From Candidatus Hadarchaeum sp. (GTDB lineage: Archaea; Hadarchaeota; Hadarchaeia; Hadarchaeales; Hadarchaeaceae), in contig NZ_JBMFOX010000025.1 in assembly GCF_049969415.1 (NCBI RefSeq), positions 1 to 18,006 of the forward strand: a DNA stretch of 18,006 bases. Reading direction: 5' to 3'. Of this stretch, positions 8,056 through 16,528 are shown one piece after another. A model generated the notes under the pieces. It made no database searches. It was not told the origin of the DNA and worked only from the letters and a program-made list of their open reading frames with translations. How positions within the stretch are numbered: the stretch's first letter is position 1; each line of letters begins with the position of its first letter. Position numbers and translations under genes: made by a program.

Positions 8056-9315
8056 ATGACTGCGGAGAGCAAATCCCTATACCAGTTCAAGAGGATGCTG
8101 GAAGAGCTCGAAGGCATGCGCGGCCGAGGCACGGAACTGATCTCCGTCTACATCACACCGGACACGGATCTGGCCAAGGTCATGCAGCAGCTGAGGGATG
8201 AGCAGGGTACCGCCTCCAACATCAAGTCAAAGACCACGCGCAAAAACGTGCTGGCGGCCCTAGAGCGGATAATCCAGTTCCTTCGCAGCTACATGGAAAA
8301 AAACAGAAAACCGCCGCCTCACGGGATGGCTATCTTCTGCGGCAATGTCGCGGGCAGGGACGACGTCGCCGACATCCAGCTTTACTGGATTGAACCGCCC
8401 GAGCCGGTTACGGTAAGGATGTACCGCTGTGATCAGGAGTTCGTGCTGGAGCCGCTCAAGGAGATGCTGCAAATCAAGGAGACCATCGGACTCCTCGTTA
8501 TGGATAGGAGGGAGGCCACCTTCGCCACGCTAAGGGGCAAGCACATAGACATCCTGAGAAAACTGACCTCAGCTGTTCCGGGAAAGCATAGCAAGGGCGG
8601 TCAATCGTCGCGGCGTTTTGAGCGGCTGATCGAGATTGCGGCCCACGAATATGCCAAACGAGTCGCCGAAACGGCCAATGAAATCTTCCCCCAGATTCCG
8701 GATCTCCGGGCCATCATCGTTGGCGGACCGGGACCGACCAAGGAGGACTTCCTGAACAGCGGTCTTCTCCATGATTCAGTACAAAAGAAGATTGCCGGAG
8801 TTGTGGACACCGGTTATACCGATGAACAGGGCATTAAGGAGCTGGTGAATAAAGCTGGCGAAATTCTGGCCGACCTAGAAATTCTGAAGGAAAAATCACT
8901 GATGCAGCGGTTCATGGAGGAACTCGTCGCTGGGAAGGGCCTTGTCGCCTACGGTGAGGGCGAAATAAGGCGCGCGCTGGAGCAGGGCACCGTGGAGCTG
9001 CTGCTGGTTTCGGAGGGTTTAAGAAAGCTGCGGGTTACCATCAGATGTCAGGCATGTGGAGAAACCTTTCACGAAATCATCGACAATCTGGCTCACTATC
9101 AAAAACAGCTGCCGGAAAAAAGCTGCCCCAAGTGCGGTGAAGCCAAGCTCACCGTGGTCGAGAGCCGTGATGTCGTCCAAGAACTGCTCGAGCTGGCGGA
9201 AAAGTTCAACACCAGGGTGGAATTCATCTCCACCGAGACCGACGAGGGCAAACAGCTATTAACTGCTTTTAAGGGGCTTGCGGCAATCCTGAGGTTCAGA
9301 CCGACCCAAGCATAG
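8056..9315 (+). CDS. prf1: Archaeal peptide chain release factor aRF1
   Basis: GRGTELIS, NIKS, YRCD, GGQS, GGPGPTK, YGE and F.GLAAILRF. A CxxC...CxxC Zn-ribbon insert sits in the C domain. Confidence 0.97.
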   Translation: MTAESKSLYQFKRMLEELEGMRGRGTELISVYITPDTDLAKVMQQLRDEQGTASNIKSKTTRKNVLAALERIIQFLRSYMEKNRKPPPHGMAIFCGNVAGRDDVADIQLYWIEPPEPVTVRMYRCDQEFVLEPLKEMLQIKETIGLLVMDRREATFATLRGKHIDILRKLTSAVPGKHSKGGQSSRRFERLIEIAAHEYAKRVAETANEIFPQIPDLRAIIVGGPGPTKEDFLNSGLLHDSVQKKIAGVVDTGYTDEQGIKELVNKAGEILADLEILKEKSLMQRFMEELVAGKGLVAYGEGEIRRALEQGTVELLLVSEGLRKLRVTIRCQACGETFHEIIDNLAHYQKQLPEKSCPKCGEAKLTVVESRDVVQELLELAEKFNTRVEFISTETDEGKQLLTAFKGLAAILRFRPTQA

Positions 9316-9379
9316 TGGCTTTTCTTCAAAAACACGGTAAACAAACGATGCCAATTCTTCGGGGTAGGTTGCGCTGGGC

Positions 9380-10750
9380 CTATAGCTCCGATATCCATTT
9401 CATGTCATCTTGGTCGGCGCCCAAAGCCAGAAGTTGGGCCCGGGATTTGAAAAAAGTCTCCTGATATTCGGCCTCTGGAACGGACTGAGAAACAATTCCG
9501 GCACCAACGGGGACGAATGCCTTGCCTCCGTTGATTAAAATCGACCTGACAATAATCCCCATGTCCAAGCTGCCGGAATTGCTCACGTATCCAAAGGAAC
9601 CTGCATAGACTCCTCTAGCGTCAGGCTCAATTTCATCTATTACCTCCATCGCCCTCCGCTTGGGCACGCCTGCTATCGTGGCCGAGGGAAATGTGGCTTT
9701 CAGCAGATTGAATTTGTCCTCGGTTTTTCCTGTTATCCTTGAAACCAGATGCTGGAAAAACGGAAATTTCTTGACCCTCAATCTCTCTCGCACGATCACA
9801 CGACTGCAAACCGATTTAAACTCGGCGACACATTCGCCCAGCAACATGGCATGTTCGGACCTCTCCTTGGGGCTGTTTCTCAGCTCTTGCTCCAACTTCC
9901 TATCTTCAACGGGATTAGTGCCTCGTCTCCTCGTTGAGGCCACCGGACGGCTTTCCGCAAAATTACCGTGGACGGTAAGGAAGTTTTCCGGAGAGGAACC
10001 CAAAATGACGCGGCCGCCCGTTTGAAGGTAGAAAATGTAGGGGCAGGGGTTAAGTCTTCTGAGCTTGAAGAAGTAAGAAAGAGGATCGCTAGACCTACAA
10101 GACAACCTTCTCGAAATAATGGCCTGCCTGATTTCGCCCCGAGAAATGCACGATTTTGCCTCGGCCACCATTTTCAGGTACTCCGCCTTTTTAACGTTCA
10201 CGGAAACCTCTGAAAAGCGGGGTTCCTTAGGCGGTTTTGGCTCGGGAAGCTCCAGCATGGACTCTGCCTCCTCAATCGCGCGAGAATACACCTTTTTTGG
10301 CTCGTCATCTACTCGCGCGCAGTAAACTGCCTTCAGCTTGCCCCGGCTGGTCTCGTAGAAGCGACTTACTCGCAGGAAAAGCGCGTAGGGTAGAGAAACC
10401 GGGTCCGGTTCCTTCCATTCCATCTTTAACTCTGGTCTTGCAGAATCGTACCCCAAATACCCCACTATTCCGCCGCTGAAACCGGTTAATGAAGAAGGGG
10501 CGATGTTACCCTCCAACAATTTTGAAATGATGCTAAAAGGGCTTTCCCCTTGATCCGAGGCCACTATTTCCTCGGCCTGACCGAATATCGATTTTCCATC
10601 CCTCTCAAAGGCGAAGCACGGCTGCCGCATTGAGTAAAGGGAAAGAACTGGATCAAATTTTACACCAACTTCAATACTTACTGGGATTACACTGTAATTC
10701 TTTGAAAGCTTGACGAAAGAACGTCGATTTGGAAAAACTTTTTTAATCAT
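9380..10750 (-). CDS. Divergent anthranilate synthase component I-like chorismate-binding (MST family) protein
   Basis: FSGGIVGYLGYD, NPCPY, GSSPENF, KERSEH, QHLVS, PK.RAMEVIDEIEP..RGVYAG, GAGIV...EYQET..K. Several core motifs are altered and no glutaminase subunit is adjacent. Confidence 0.8.
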   Translation of the reverse strand: MIKKVFPNRRSFVKLSKNYSVIPVSIEVGVKFDPVLSLYSMRQPCFAFERDGKSIFGQAEEIVASDQGESPFSIISKLLEGNIAPSSLTGFSGGIVGYLGYDSARPELKMEWKEPDPVSLPYALFLRVSRFYETSRGKLKAVYCARVDDEPKKVYSRAIEEAESMLELPEPKPPKEPRFSEVSVNVKKAEYLKMVAEAKSCISRGEIRQAIISRRLSCRSSDPLSYFFKLRRLNPCPYIFYLQTGGRVILGSSPENFLTVHGNFAESRPVASTRRRGTNPVEDRKLEQELRNSPKERSEHAMLLGECVAEFKSVCSRVIVRERLRVKKFPFFQHLVSRITGKTEDKFNLLKATFPSATIAGVPKRRAMEVIDEIEPDARGVYAGSFGYVSNSGSLDMGIIVRSILINGGKAFVPVGAGIVSQSVPEAEYQETFFKSRAQLLALGADQDDMKWISEL

Positions 10751-10757
10751 TGCACCA

Positions 10758-12017
10758 CTAAGTGCCGAATTTCCACGAGGCCGAGTACTCGATTTGCTCT
10801 TTGGTGGGCTTTTCGATTTTGATTCCCATCGAGCGCAGCTTTAATTCGGCCACCCTGCGGTCAACCTCAGGAGGCACCTCATAGACTCCTGGAGCCAAAT
10901 TCTTCCCCGTCCGCGCCAGGTGAACCACGCTCAAGGCCTGCAAAGCGAAGCTCATGTCCATGATCTCCATCGGGTGGCCGAGCGATCGCTTTCCCGCTAG
11001 ATTGACCAAGCGACCCTCCGCGAGCAGATATAGTCGGCGCCCGTCCTTCAGTCGGAACTCCTGAACATCTTCAATGATTTCCCTCTTGTTCACGGCCAAC
11101 TTCCTGAGCCCCTCCAAATCTATCTCAACGTTGAAATGGCCGGAGTTACATAAAATCGCGCCGTCCTTCATCAGCCGCATATGCTCCGCCCGAATAACCT
11201 TGAACCCACCGGTGGCGGTGATGAAAAGATCCCCCCACTTCGCCGCTTCCTCCATCGGGCCGATCAAGAACCCATCCATCGCGGCCTCAAGCGCTTTTAC
11301 CGGGTCGGTTTCAACAACCATGACCAGGGCACCCAAGCCCTTTGCCCGGGAGGCAATTCCTCGGCCCACGTATCCGTAGCCCACGACGACCACGTGTTTT
11401 CCCGCGATGAGGGTGTTGGTCATTCCGGTTATGGCCTGAAAGGTCGATTCCGCGGTGCCAAATCTGTTGTCAAAAAATCTCTTGGAGGGGCTATCGTTGA
11501 CCGCTATCACTGGAAACTTCAAAACTCCCTTCGCCGCCATTATCCTCAGCCGGTTAACCCCGGTCGTGGTCTCCTCCGAGGCCCCAATCACGTCATCAAG
11601 AATTTCCCGGCGACGGGTGTGCACGGCCGTGATCAGATCGGCGCCATCGTCGATCAAAATCTGCGGCCTGAGATCAAGCACCTTGTTGAGATTGGCATAG
11701 TAATCCTTGGTACTCTCGCCCCGCCAAGCATACACGTGCACTCCCTCCTTCGCCAACGCGGCTGCCACCTCGTCCCGGGTGGACAGAGGATTGCAGCTGG
11801 TTATCGCCACCTTGGCTCCGGCGGCCACCAAAGTTCTGACCAGCACGCCCGTCTTGGCCTCGGTATGCAAGGCAGCGCCAATGGTAATCCCTTGGAGAGG
11901 CTTGGTCCGAGAAAGCTCCCGGCGAATTTCGGCCAGTACCAGCATGTGGCTCTCCGCCCATTCCATCATCCGCCGGCCCTCTGCGGCAAGCCCTATGTCC
12001 TTGACTTTATAACTCAC
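10758..12017 (-). CDS. ahcY: Adenosylhomocysteinase family, probably S-inosylhomocysteine-accepting
   Basis: SCNPLST, DDGADL, EETTTG, FDNRFGT, NAD-binding GYGYVG, GHFNVEI, EGRLVNL, GHP.EIMDMSF, and an HxExK signature (HTEAK). GTG start overlaps the upstream TGA (GTGA). Confidence 0.94.
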   Translation of the reverse strand: MSYKVKDIGLAAEGRRMMEWAESHMLVLAEIRRELSRTKPLQGITIGAALHTEAKTGVLVRTLVAAGAKVAITSCNPLSTRDEVAAALAKEGVHVYAWRGESTKDYYANLNKVLDLRPQILIDDGADLITAVHTRRREILDDVIGASEETTTGVNRLRIMAAKGVLKFPVIAVNDSPSKRFFDNRFGTAESTFQAITGMTNTLIAGKHVVVVGYGYVGRGIASRAKGLGALVMVVETDPVKALEAAMDGFLIGPMEEAAKWGDLFITATGGFKVIRAEHMRLMKDGAILCNSGHFNVEIDLEGLRKLAVNKREIIEDVQEFRLKDGRRLYLLAEGRLVNLAGKRSLGHPMEIMDMSFALQALSVVHLARTGKNLAPGVYEVPPEVDRRVAELKLRSMGIKIEKPTKEQIEYSASWKFGT

Positions 12018-13324
12018 TTATTTCCACCCGCCCTTGAGACCAAATCATCAGAGGTTCTCTGCGCCAGCTCTAAAACCTTCTCCTCGTCGAGCGTGAGCAC
12101 TTTCCCTCCCTCCATTAATATCTTTCCGTCAACGATGACCGTGTCAACGTCGCCACCGTTGGCACTGTAGACGAGATGGGAGACGACATCGTACATTGGG
12201 GTGAGGTGTGATCTCTTCAGGTCGACCGTAATCAAATCGGCCCTTTTACCCACTTCCACTGAACCTATCTCGTTGCTAAGGCCCAGTGCCGTGGCCCCGT
12301 TGATAGTCGCCATTTCCAAAGCCTTCATCGCCGGCATTGTGGTGGGATCTAGCTTGCGCACCTTGCCCAGAAGCGCCGCCAATTTCATCTCTTTGAACAT
12401 GTCGAGGGAATTGTTGGAAGCGGCTCCGTCCGTTCCAAGGGCCACCGGAATGCCTGCGGACAGCATTTCCGGAACCGGGGCAATGCCGGAGCCCATCTTT
12501 AAATTACTCGCGGGATTATGAACCGGCTTGACTTCCTTCGTTCTGAGCATTTCAATCTCCTTTTCCGTCAGCCAAACGCAGTGGGCGGCTAAGACCTCTG
12601 GGCCAAGAAAACCTATGGAGTCTAGATATTCAACCGGTCGTTTGCCGTAATTTTCAACCGTTAGTTTTACCTCCTCGCGGCTCTCCGCAACGTGAATGTG
12701 GATACCGACCCCAAACCGCTTGGCCAGCTCCTTGACTTTAAGCAGGCATTCAGTGGAGCAGGTGTAAGGTGCGTGCGGGCCAAACATCGTCAGTATCCTG
12801 CCCTGCGCCTTTCCCTGAAATGATTTCACAAAGCTCCGACCAATCCTTATTTCTTCCTTCATCTTCTGCCGATTGCCACGGTCAATCATACCATAGGACA
12901 ACACCCCGCGAAGACCCGCTTTTTTCACCGCCCGGGCGACCTGATCCATGTGGAAGTAGTTATCGGCAAAGCAGGTGGTGCCAGACTTTATCATTTCGAG
13001 AGAGCCAAGCAGGGAGCCCACATAGCAGTCGCGCGGCCTCATCATTTTTTCCATGGGCCAAATTTTTTCTGAAAGCCACTTGTCCAAAGGCATGTCGTCG
13101 GCATATCCGCGCAACAGGGCCATGGCTAAGTGAGTGTGTCCGTTAATTAACCCGGGCAGGATTGCCTTCCCACGGGCATCGATTACCTTGTCCGCCTTCT
13201 CCCCAATTTCCTCGCCAACCGCAACAATCCTGTCGCCATCAATGGCAACCGAACCTTGTTTGATCACCCGGCGGTTGGGATCCATCGTGACCAAAATGCC
13301 GCCACGGACCAAGATGTCGACCAA
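12014..13324 (-). CDS. mtaD: 5'-deoxyadenosine/MTA/SAH deaminase (MtaD/DadD amidohydrolase family)
   Basis: PGLINGHTH, LRGYADD..L..WL..IWP.E, PHAPYTC, HIHVAES, AAHCVW, HNPASNLK, GTDGAASNN. TTG start with a GGTGGA RBS. Confidence 0.88.
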   Translation of the reverse strand: MVDILVRGGILVTMDPNRRVIKQGSVAIDGDRIVAVGEEIGEKADKVIDARGKAILPGLINGHTHLAMALLRGYADDMPLDKWLSEKIWPMEKMMRPRDCYVGSLLGSLEMIKSGTTCFADNYFHMDQVARAVKKAGLRGVLSYGMIDRGNRQKMKEEIRIGRSFVKSFQGKAQGRILTMFGPHAPYTCSTECLLKVKELAKRFGVGIHIHVAESREEVKLTVENYGKRPVEYLDSIGFLGPEVLAAHCVWLTEKEIEMLRTKEVKPVHNPASNLKMGSGIAPVPEMLSAGIPVALGTDGAASNNSLDMFKEMKLAALLGKVRKLDPTTMPAMKALEMATINGATALGLSNEIGSVEVGKRADLITVDLKRSHLTPMYDVVSHLVYSANGGDVDTVIVDGKILMEGGKVLTLDEEKVLELAQRTSDDLVSRAGGNK

Positions 13325-13332
13325 TCTTCCAC

Positions 13333-13860
13333 CTAACCCCTGAGCGCCTTCGCAATGGTGCGTCCGAACTCACGAGCTGCTGTTGGACCATTGGCGGTAA
13401 TCACGTTGCCGTCGACCACAACTGGTTTTTCTTGATAGATGGCACCGCCGCTCACAATTTTGTCAACATACTCCCCAGGAAAGACCGTGGCCCGCTTGCC
13501 CCTGAGCACTCCGGCATTGGCCAAGATCACCGGGGCGATGCAGATAGCGCCGACCTTCTTTCCCTTTTTGAAGGCCTCGGCAGCTATCGCGAGGGCCTTC
13601 TTGTCCTTAAAGTAAGCTGCCGATCCCGAACCACCGACAAAGATTATCACATCTTGATCATCGACCTTTACTTGGTCAAGTGTTATATCTGGGATAACCT
13701 TAGCCCCCAACATACCTCGAGCTTCACCCCTCTTGGAACTAGCCACCGTAGTGGCCATACCGGCGCGCTCCAGCTCCTCTTTGGTATGGAAGAGTTCCTC
13801 GTCCCGAAAGTTCTCAGGGGCGATTATCAGCAGTGCCCTTTTCGACAAAACAATCACCAT
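13333..13860 (-). CDS. DJ-1/PfpI family protein
   Basis: FRDEE, FVGGSG, nucleophile elbow AICIAP, VVVDGNVITANGP. Start is ATG 13860 or TTG 13848 (GGTGAT RBS). The ORF-track start at 13974 runs through the promoter region. Confidence 0.88.
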   Translation of the reverse strand: MVIVLSKRALLIIAPENFRDEELFHTKEELERAGMATTVASSKRGEARGMLGAKVIPDITLDQVKVDDQDVIIFVGGSGSAAYFKDKKALAIAAEAFKKGKKVGAICIAPVILANAGVLRGKRATVFPGEYVDKIVSGGAIYQEKPVVVDGNVITANGPTAAREFGRTIAKALRG

Positions 13861-13878
13861 GATAAATTGCCCCAGATG

Positions 13879-13887
13879 TTTAAAATA
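13879..13887 (-). promoter_or_regulatory. Putative TATA box of the pfpI-mtaD-ahcY-trpE-like operon
   Basis: TATTTTAAA on the minus strand, about 20-30 nt upstream of the candidate start codons. Confidence 0.5.
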
Positions 13888-13954
13888 AGTGCCTCGGACA
13901 TGTTTCCTGAAGATGTTTTCTGAGGATGCCGCCGCCAAGCCAAAGCATCTAAAA

Positions 13955-13960
13955 TTTAAA
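13955..13960 (+). promoter_or_regulatory. Putative TATA box of metG
   Basis: TTTAAA preceded by an A-rich BRE-like stretch, about 25-30 nt before the metG initiation region. Confidence 0.55.
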
Positions 13961-13991
13961 TCAAACAAGACCAAGTGAGAAGGGTGGGAAA

Positions 13992-15806
13992 ATAGCCAAA
14001 TTCTACATCACCACACCAATCTACTACATCAACTCGGTGCCCCACATCGGCCATGCCTACACCACCGTGGTAGCCGACGCCCTCGCCCGCTGGCACCGGC
14101 TGCGCGGCGACGACGTCTTCTTCTTAACCGGTCTGGACGAAAACTCCGCGAAGACGCTGGAAGCAGCCAAAGAAAAGGGCTTCAAGGATATCCAGGCCTA
14201 CGCTGACTCCATGGCTAACCTGTGGCAGAGCACTTGGAAGATACTGAACATTAGCAACGATGATTTCGTCAGGACTACCCAAGAAAGGCACCGCAAAAAT
14301 GTTATCGAGCTCTTTGAACGCATCCGGGCCCGCGGCGATATTTACAAGGGAACCTACGAGGGACTCTATTGTGAGGGTTGCGAGGGGTATTACACCGAGG
14401 CCGAGCTTGTCGACGGAAAGTGCCCGCTACACCTAACCAAGCCAAAGTTGCTCAAAGAGGAGAACTACTTCTTCCGGCTGTCCAAGTACGCTGATGCTCT
14501 GCTGAAGCACATCGAAGAAAACCCTGAATTCATTCAGCCGGAGGCCCGTCGGAATGAGGTCATCAACTTTATCAAGCAAGGTTTGAAGGACATCAGCATC
14601 ACACGCCAGAACCAGCACTGGGGAATAGATGTGCCGGGTGAACCGGGGCAGAAGATTTGGGTCTGGTTCGATGCTCTGACCAACTACCTACTGCCCAAGC
14701 AGTATTGGCCGGCAGATGTACATATCATCGCCAAGGACATCCTCAGGTTCCACTGCGTCATCTGGCCGAGCATGCTACTATCCGCGGGAATTGAGTTACC
14801 GAAGAAGATCTTCGCCCACGGCTTTCTCACCGTCGAGGGGCAGAAAATCAGCAAATCGCTGGGCAACGTGATTGATCCCGTATATCTCGTGGAAAAGTAC
14901 TCGGCGGACGTCGTCAGATACTTTCTCATCCGGGAGGTATCCTTCGGCCAAGACGGAAACTTCTCCGAGGCCGGCCTAGAAGCCAGGTTAAACGACGAGC
15001 TGGCTGATGTCCTCGGCAACTTCGTCCACCGTGTGCTCACGTTTATCCGGGATCGATATGGCTCCAGACTGCCAAACGGAAAGATTGATGGAAAGATTGA
15101 GGGGGAAATCAAAAAACGTGTGGAAAGAATAGAACAAATGCTGCTGGAACTTAAGGTTTCTCAAGCACTCGAGGAGATAATGGCGATTGCTCGGCGGGGA
15201 AACGAGTATTTCCAAGCTTGCCGGCCTTGGGAAGCGCTGAAGCGGGAAAAGGAAAAGGCCGCCGAATGCATCCTAACCTGTGCTAACTTGGTAAAAATTT
15301 TATGTGTGGCCTTAACCCCATTCATGCCATCCACCGCAGCCAAGCTTGCCCACCAGCTGGCTGTAGAAGTGAAAAGTTGGGAACAGGCCAAGTCTTTTGA
15401 CCTAGGTCCAGAACATCAAATAGGTGAACCCGTGGCACTCTTCGCTAAGATTAAGTCCAGCGGTGAAGAAAAACGAGAGGGCAAATTGATTTCCATCGAT
15501 GAATTCGGGAAGCTTGACATCCGGGTGGGGCGGGTTATCGCTGCCGAAATGATCCCAAAGTCGAAGAAGCTGATTAAGCTAGAAGCTGATCTCGGCAAGG
15601 AAAGACGGACCATCGTGGCCGGTATAGCGGAAAAATACTCGCCCGAGTCTCTGGTGGGGAAAAACATCGCTGTGGTGGCAAACCTCGAGCCCGCAAAGTT
15701 GATGGGTGTTGTCTCAGAAGGGATGCTTCTGGCCGCCGAGGACGAAAATGGTGTCTCCATCCTCGTGACCGACCGGCCAGTTCAACCGGGCTCGAAGGTG
15801 AGATAG
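13992..15806 (+). CDS. metG: Methionyl-tRNA synthetase (single-knuckle MetRS1 type, C-terminal tRNA-binding OB domain); start codon non-canonical or uncertain
   Basis: The frame reads IAKFYITTPIYYINSVPHIGH from ATA 13992. It then shows CEGCE...CPLH, EENYFFRLS, WFDAL.NY, KDILRFH, KISKS and a Trbp111-like C-terminus. Confidence 0.93.
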   Translation: MAKFYITTPIYYINSVPHIGHAYTTVVADALARWHRLRGDDVFFLTGLDENSAKTLEAAKEKGFKDIQAYADSMANLWQSTWKILNISNDDFVRTTQERHRKNVIELFERIRARGDIYKGTYEGLYCEGCEGYYTEAELVDGKCPLHLTKPKLLKEENYFFRLSKYADALLKHIEENPEFIQPEARRNEVINFIKQGLKDISITRQNQHWGIDVPGEPGQKIWVWFDALTNYLLPKQYWPADVHIIAKDILRFHCVIWPSMLLSAGIELPKKIFAHGFLTVEGQKISKSLGNVIDPVYLVEKYSADVVRYFLIREVSFGQDGNFSEAGLEARLNDELADVLGNFVHRVLTFIRDRYGSRLPNGKIDGKIEGEIKKRVERIEQMLLELKVSQALEEIMAIARRGNEYFQACRPWEALKREKEKAAECILTCANLVKILCVALTPFMPSTAAKLAHQLAVEVKSWEQAKSFDLGPEHQIGEPVALFAKIKSSGEEKREGKLISIDEFGKLDIRVGRVIAAEMIPKSKKLIKLEADLGKERRTIVAGIAEKYSPESLVGKNIAVVANLEPAKLMGVVSEGMLLAAEDENGVSILVTDRPVQPGSKVR

Positions 15807-16451
15807 TTGCTGCGGCTCGACCTTCACGTGCACACCAAATATTCCTACGACTGCCGCTGCCCGGTTGAAAGGGCCGTCGAAATCGCCAAGACAAAAGGTC
15901 TGAACGGAATAGCAATTACCGACCATGACAGCATCTCCGGGCATCGGGCTGCCAAAAAAATGAGCAAAAACGGTTTCGTAGTGCTGCCCGGTGTGGAGAT
16001 CTCCAGCGCTCAAGGACACATCGTCGGGCTGGGAATCGAAGAATCAATCCCTAAAGGGCTGCCAGCGGCGGATACCGTCGAATTGATTCGAGAGCAGGGA
16101 GGAATAGCCATTGCCGCCCATCCATTTGCTCCTGGAAGGCGTCCGGAACTTGTCTATAAAGCGAAATTCGATGCGATCGAAGGTCTTAACTCGCGGGCCA
16201 TCCTCCTGAGCAATCCTCTTGCCCAGAGATTCGCACAAAAAAACGGGCTGGCGATGGTGGCGGGATCCGATGCCCACCGCTGCGACGACGTTGGAATGGC
16301 ATACACGATTGTTGACTGCGAGCCAAATCCCGACTCAATCTTGGAAAAAATAAAGGAGGGGGGGACATCGATAGCAGGACGGACCATCCCCTTGCCAAGC
16401 TTCATGTGGAGGGTTCTCCAGAAGGCCCTCCAGCGAAGAGATGAGCGCTAG
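15807..16451 (+). CDS. PHP-domain metal-dependent phosphoesterase
   Basis: DLHVHT, AITDHD, PGVEIS..GH, AAHPF, AGSDAH. TTG start abuts the metG TAG, with GGTGA upstream. Confidence 0.9.
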   Translation: MLRLDLHVHTKYSYDCRCPVERAVEIAKTKGLNGIAITDHDSISGHRAAKKMSKNGFVVLPGVEISSAQGHIVGLGIEESIPKGLPAADTVELIREQGGIAIAAHPFAPGRRPELVYKAKFDAIEGLNSRAILLSNPLAQRFAQKNGLAMVAGSDAHRCDDVGMAYTIVDCEPNPDSILEKIKEGGTSIAGRTIPLPSFMWRVLQKALQRRDER

Positions 16452-16483
16452 GCGGGAGGACTTTTAGGAAGTGCCTCCCGCCT
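16450..16483. terminator. Strong hairpin between the convergent PHP and RHH genes
   Basis: AGGCGGGAGG-ACTT / AAGT-G-CCTCCCGCCT forms a 14-bp stem with one bulge and a 5-nt loop. Confidence 0.55.
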
Positions 16484-16528
16484 TCACCCTTTTGGAGGCT
16501 GGACCGAGGAGGTAGGGTGACCGTGATC

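Noticed and set aside
9046-9135. Zn-ribbon insert in aRF1
   Set aside because: This is a known feature of many archaeal aRF1 proteins.
11181-12170. 329-aa plus-strand ORF
   Set aside because: It is an antisense shadow of ahcY/mtaD with no recognisable motifs and an atypical composition.
13861-13974. N-terminal extension of DJ-1/PfpI in the ORF track
   Set aside because: It runs through both TATA boxes, and family similarity begins at KRALLII.
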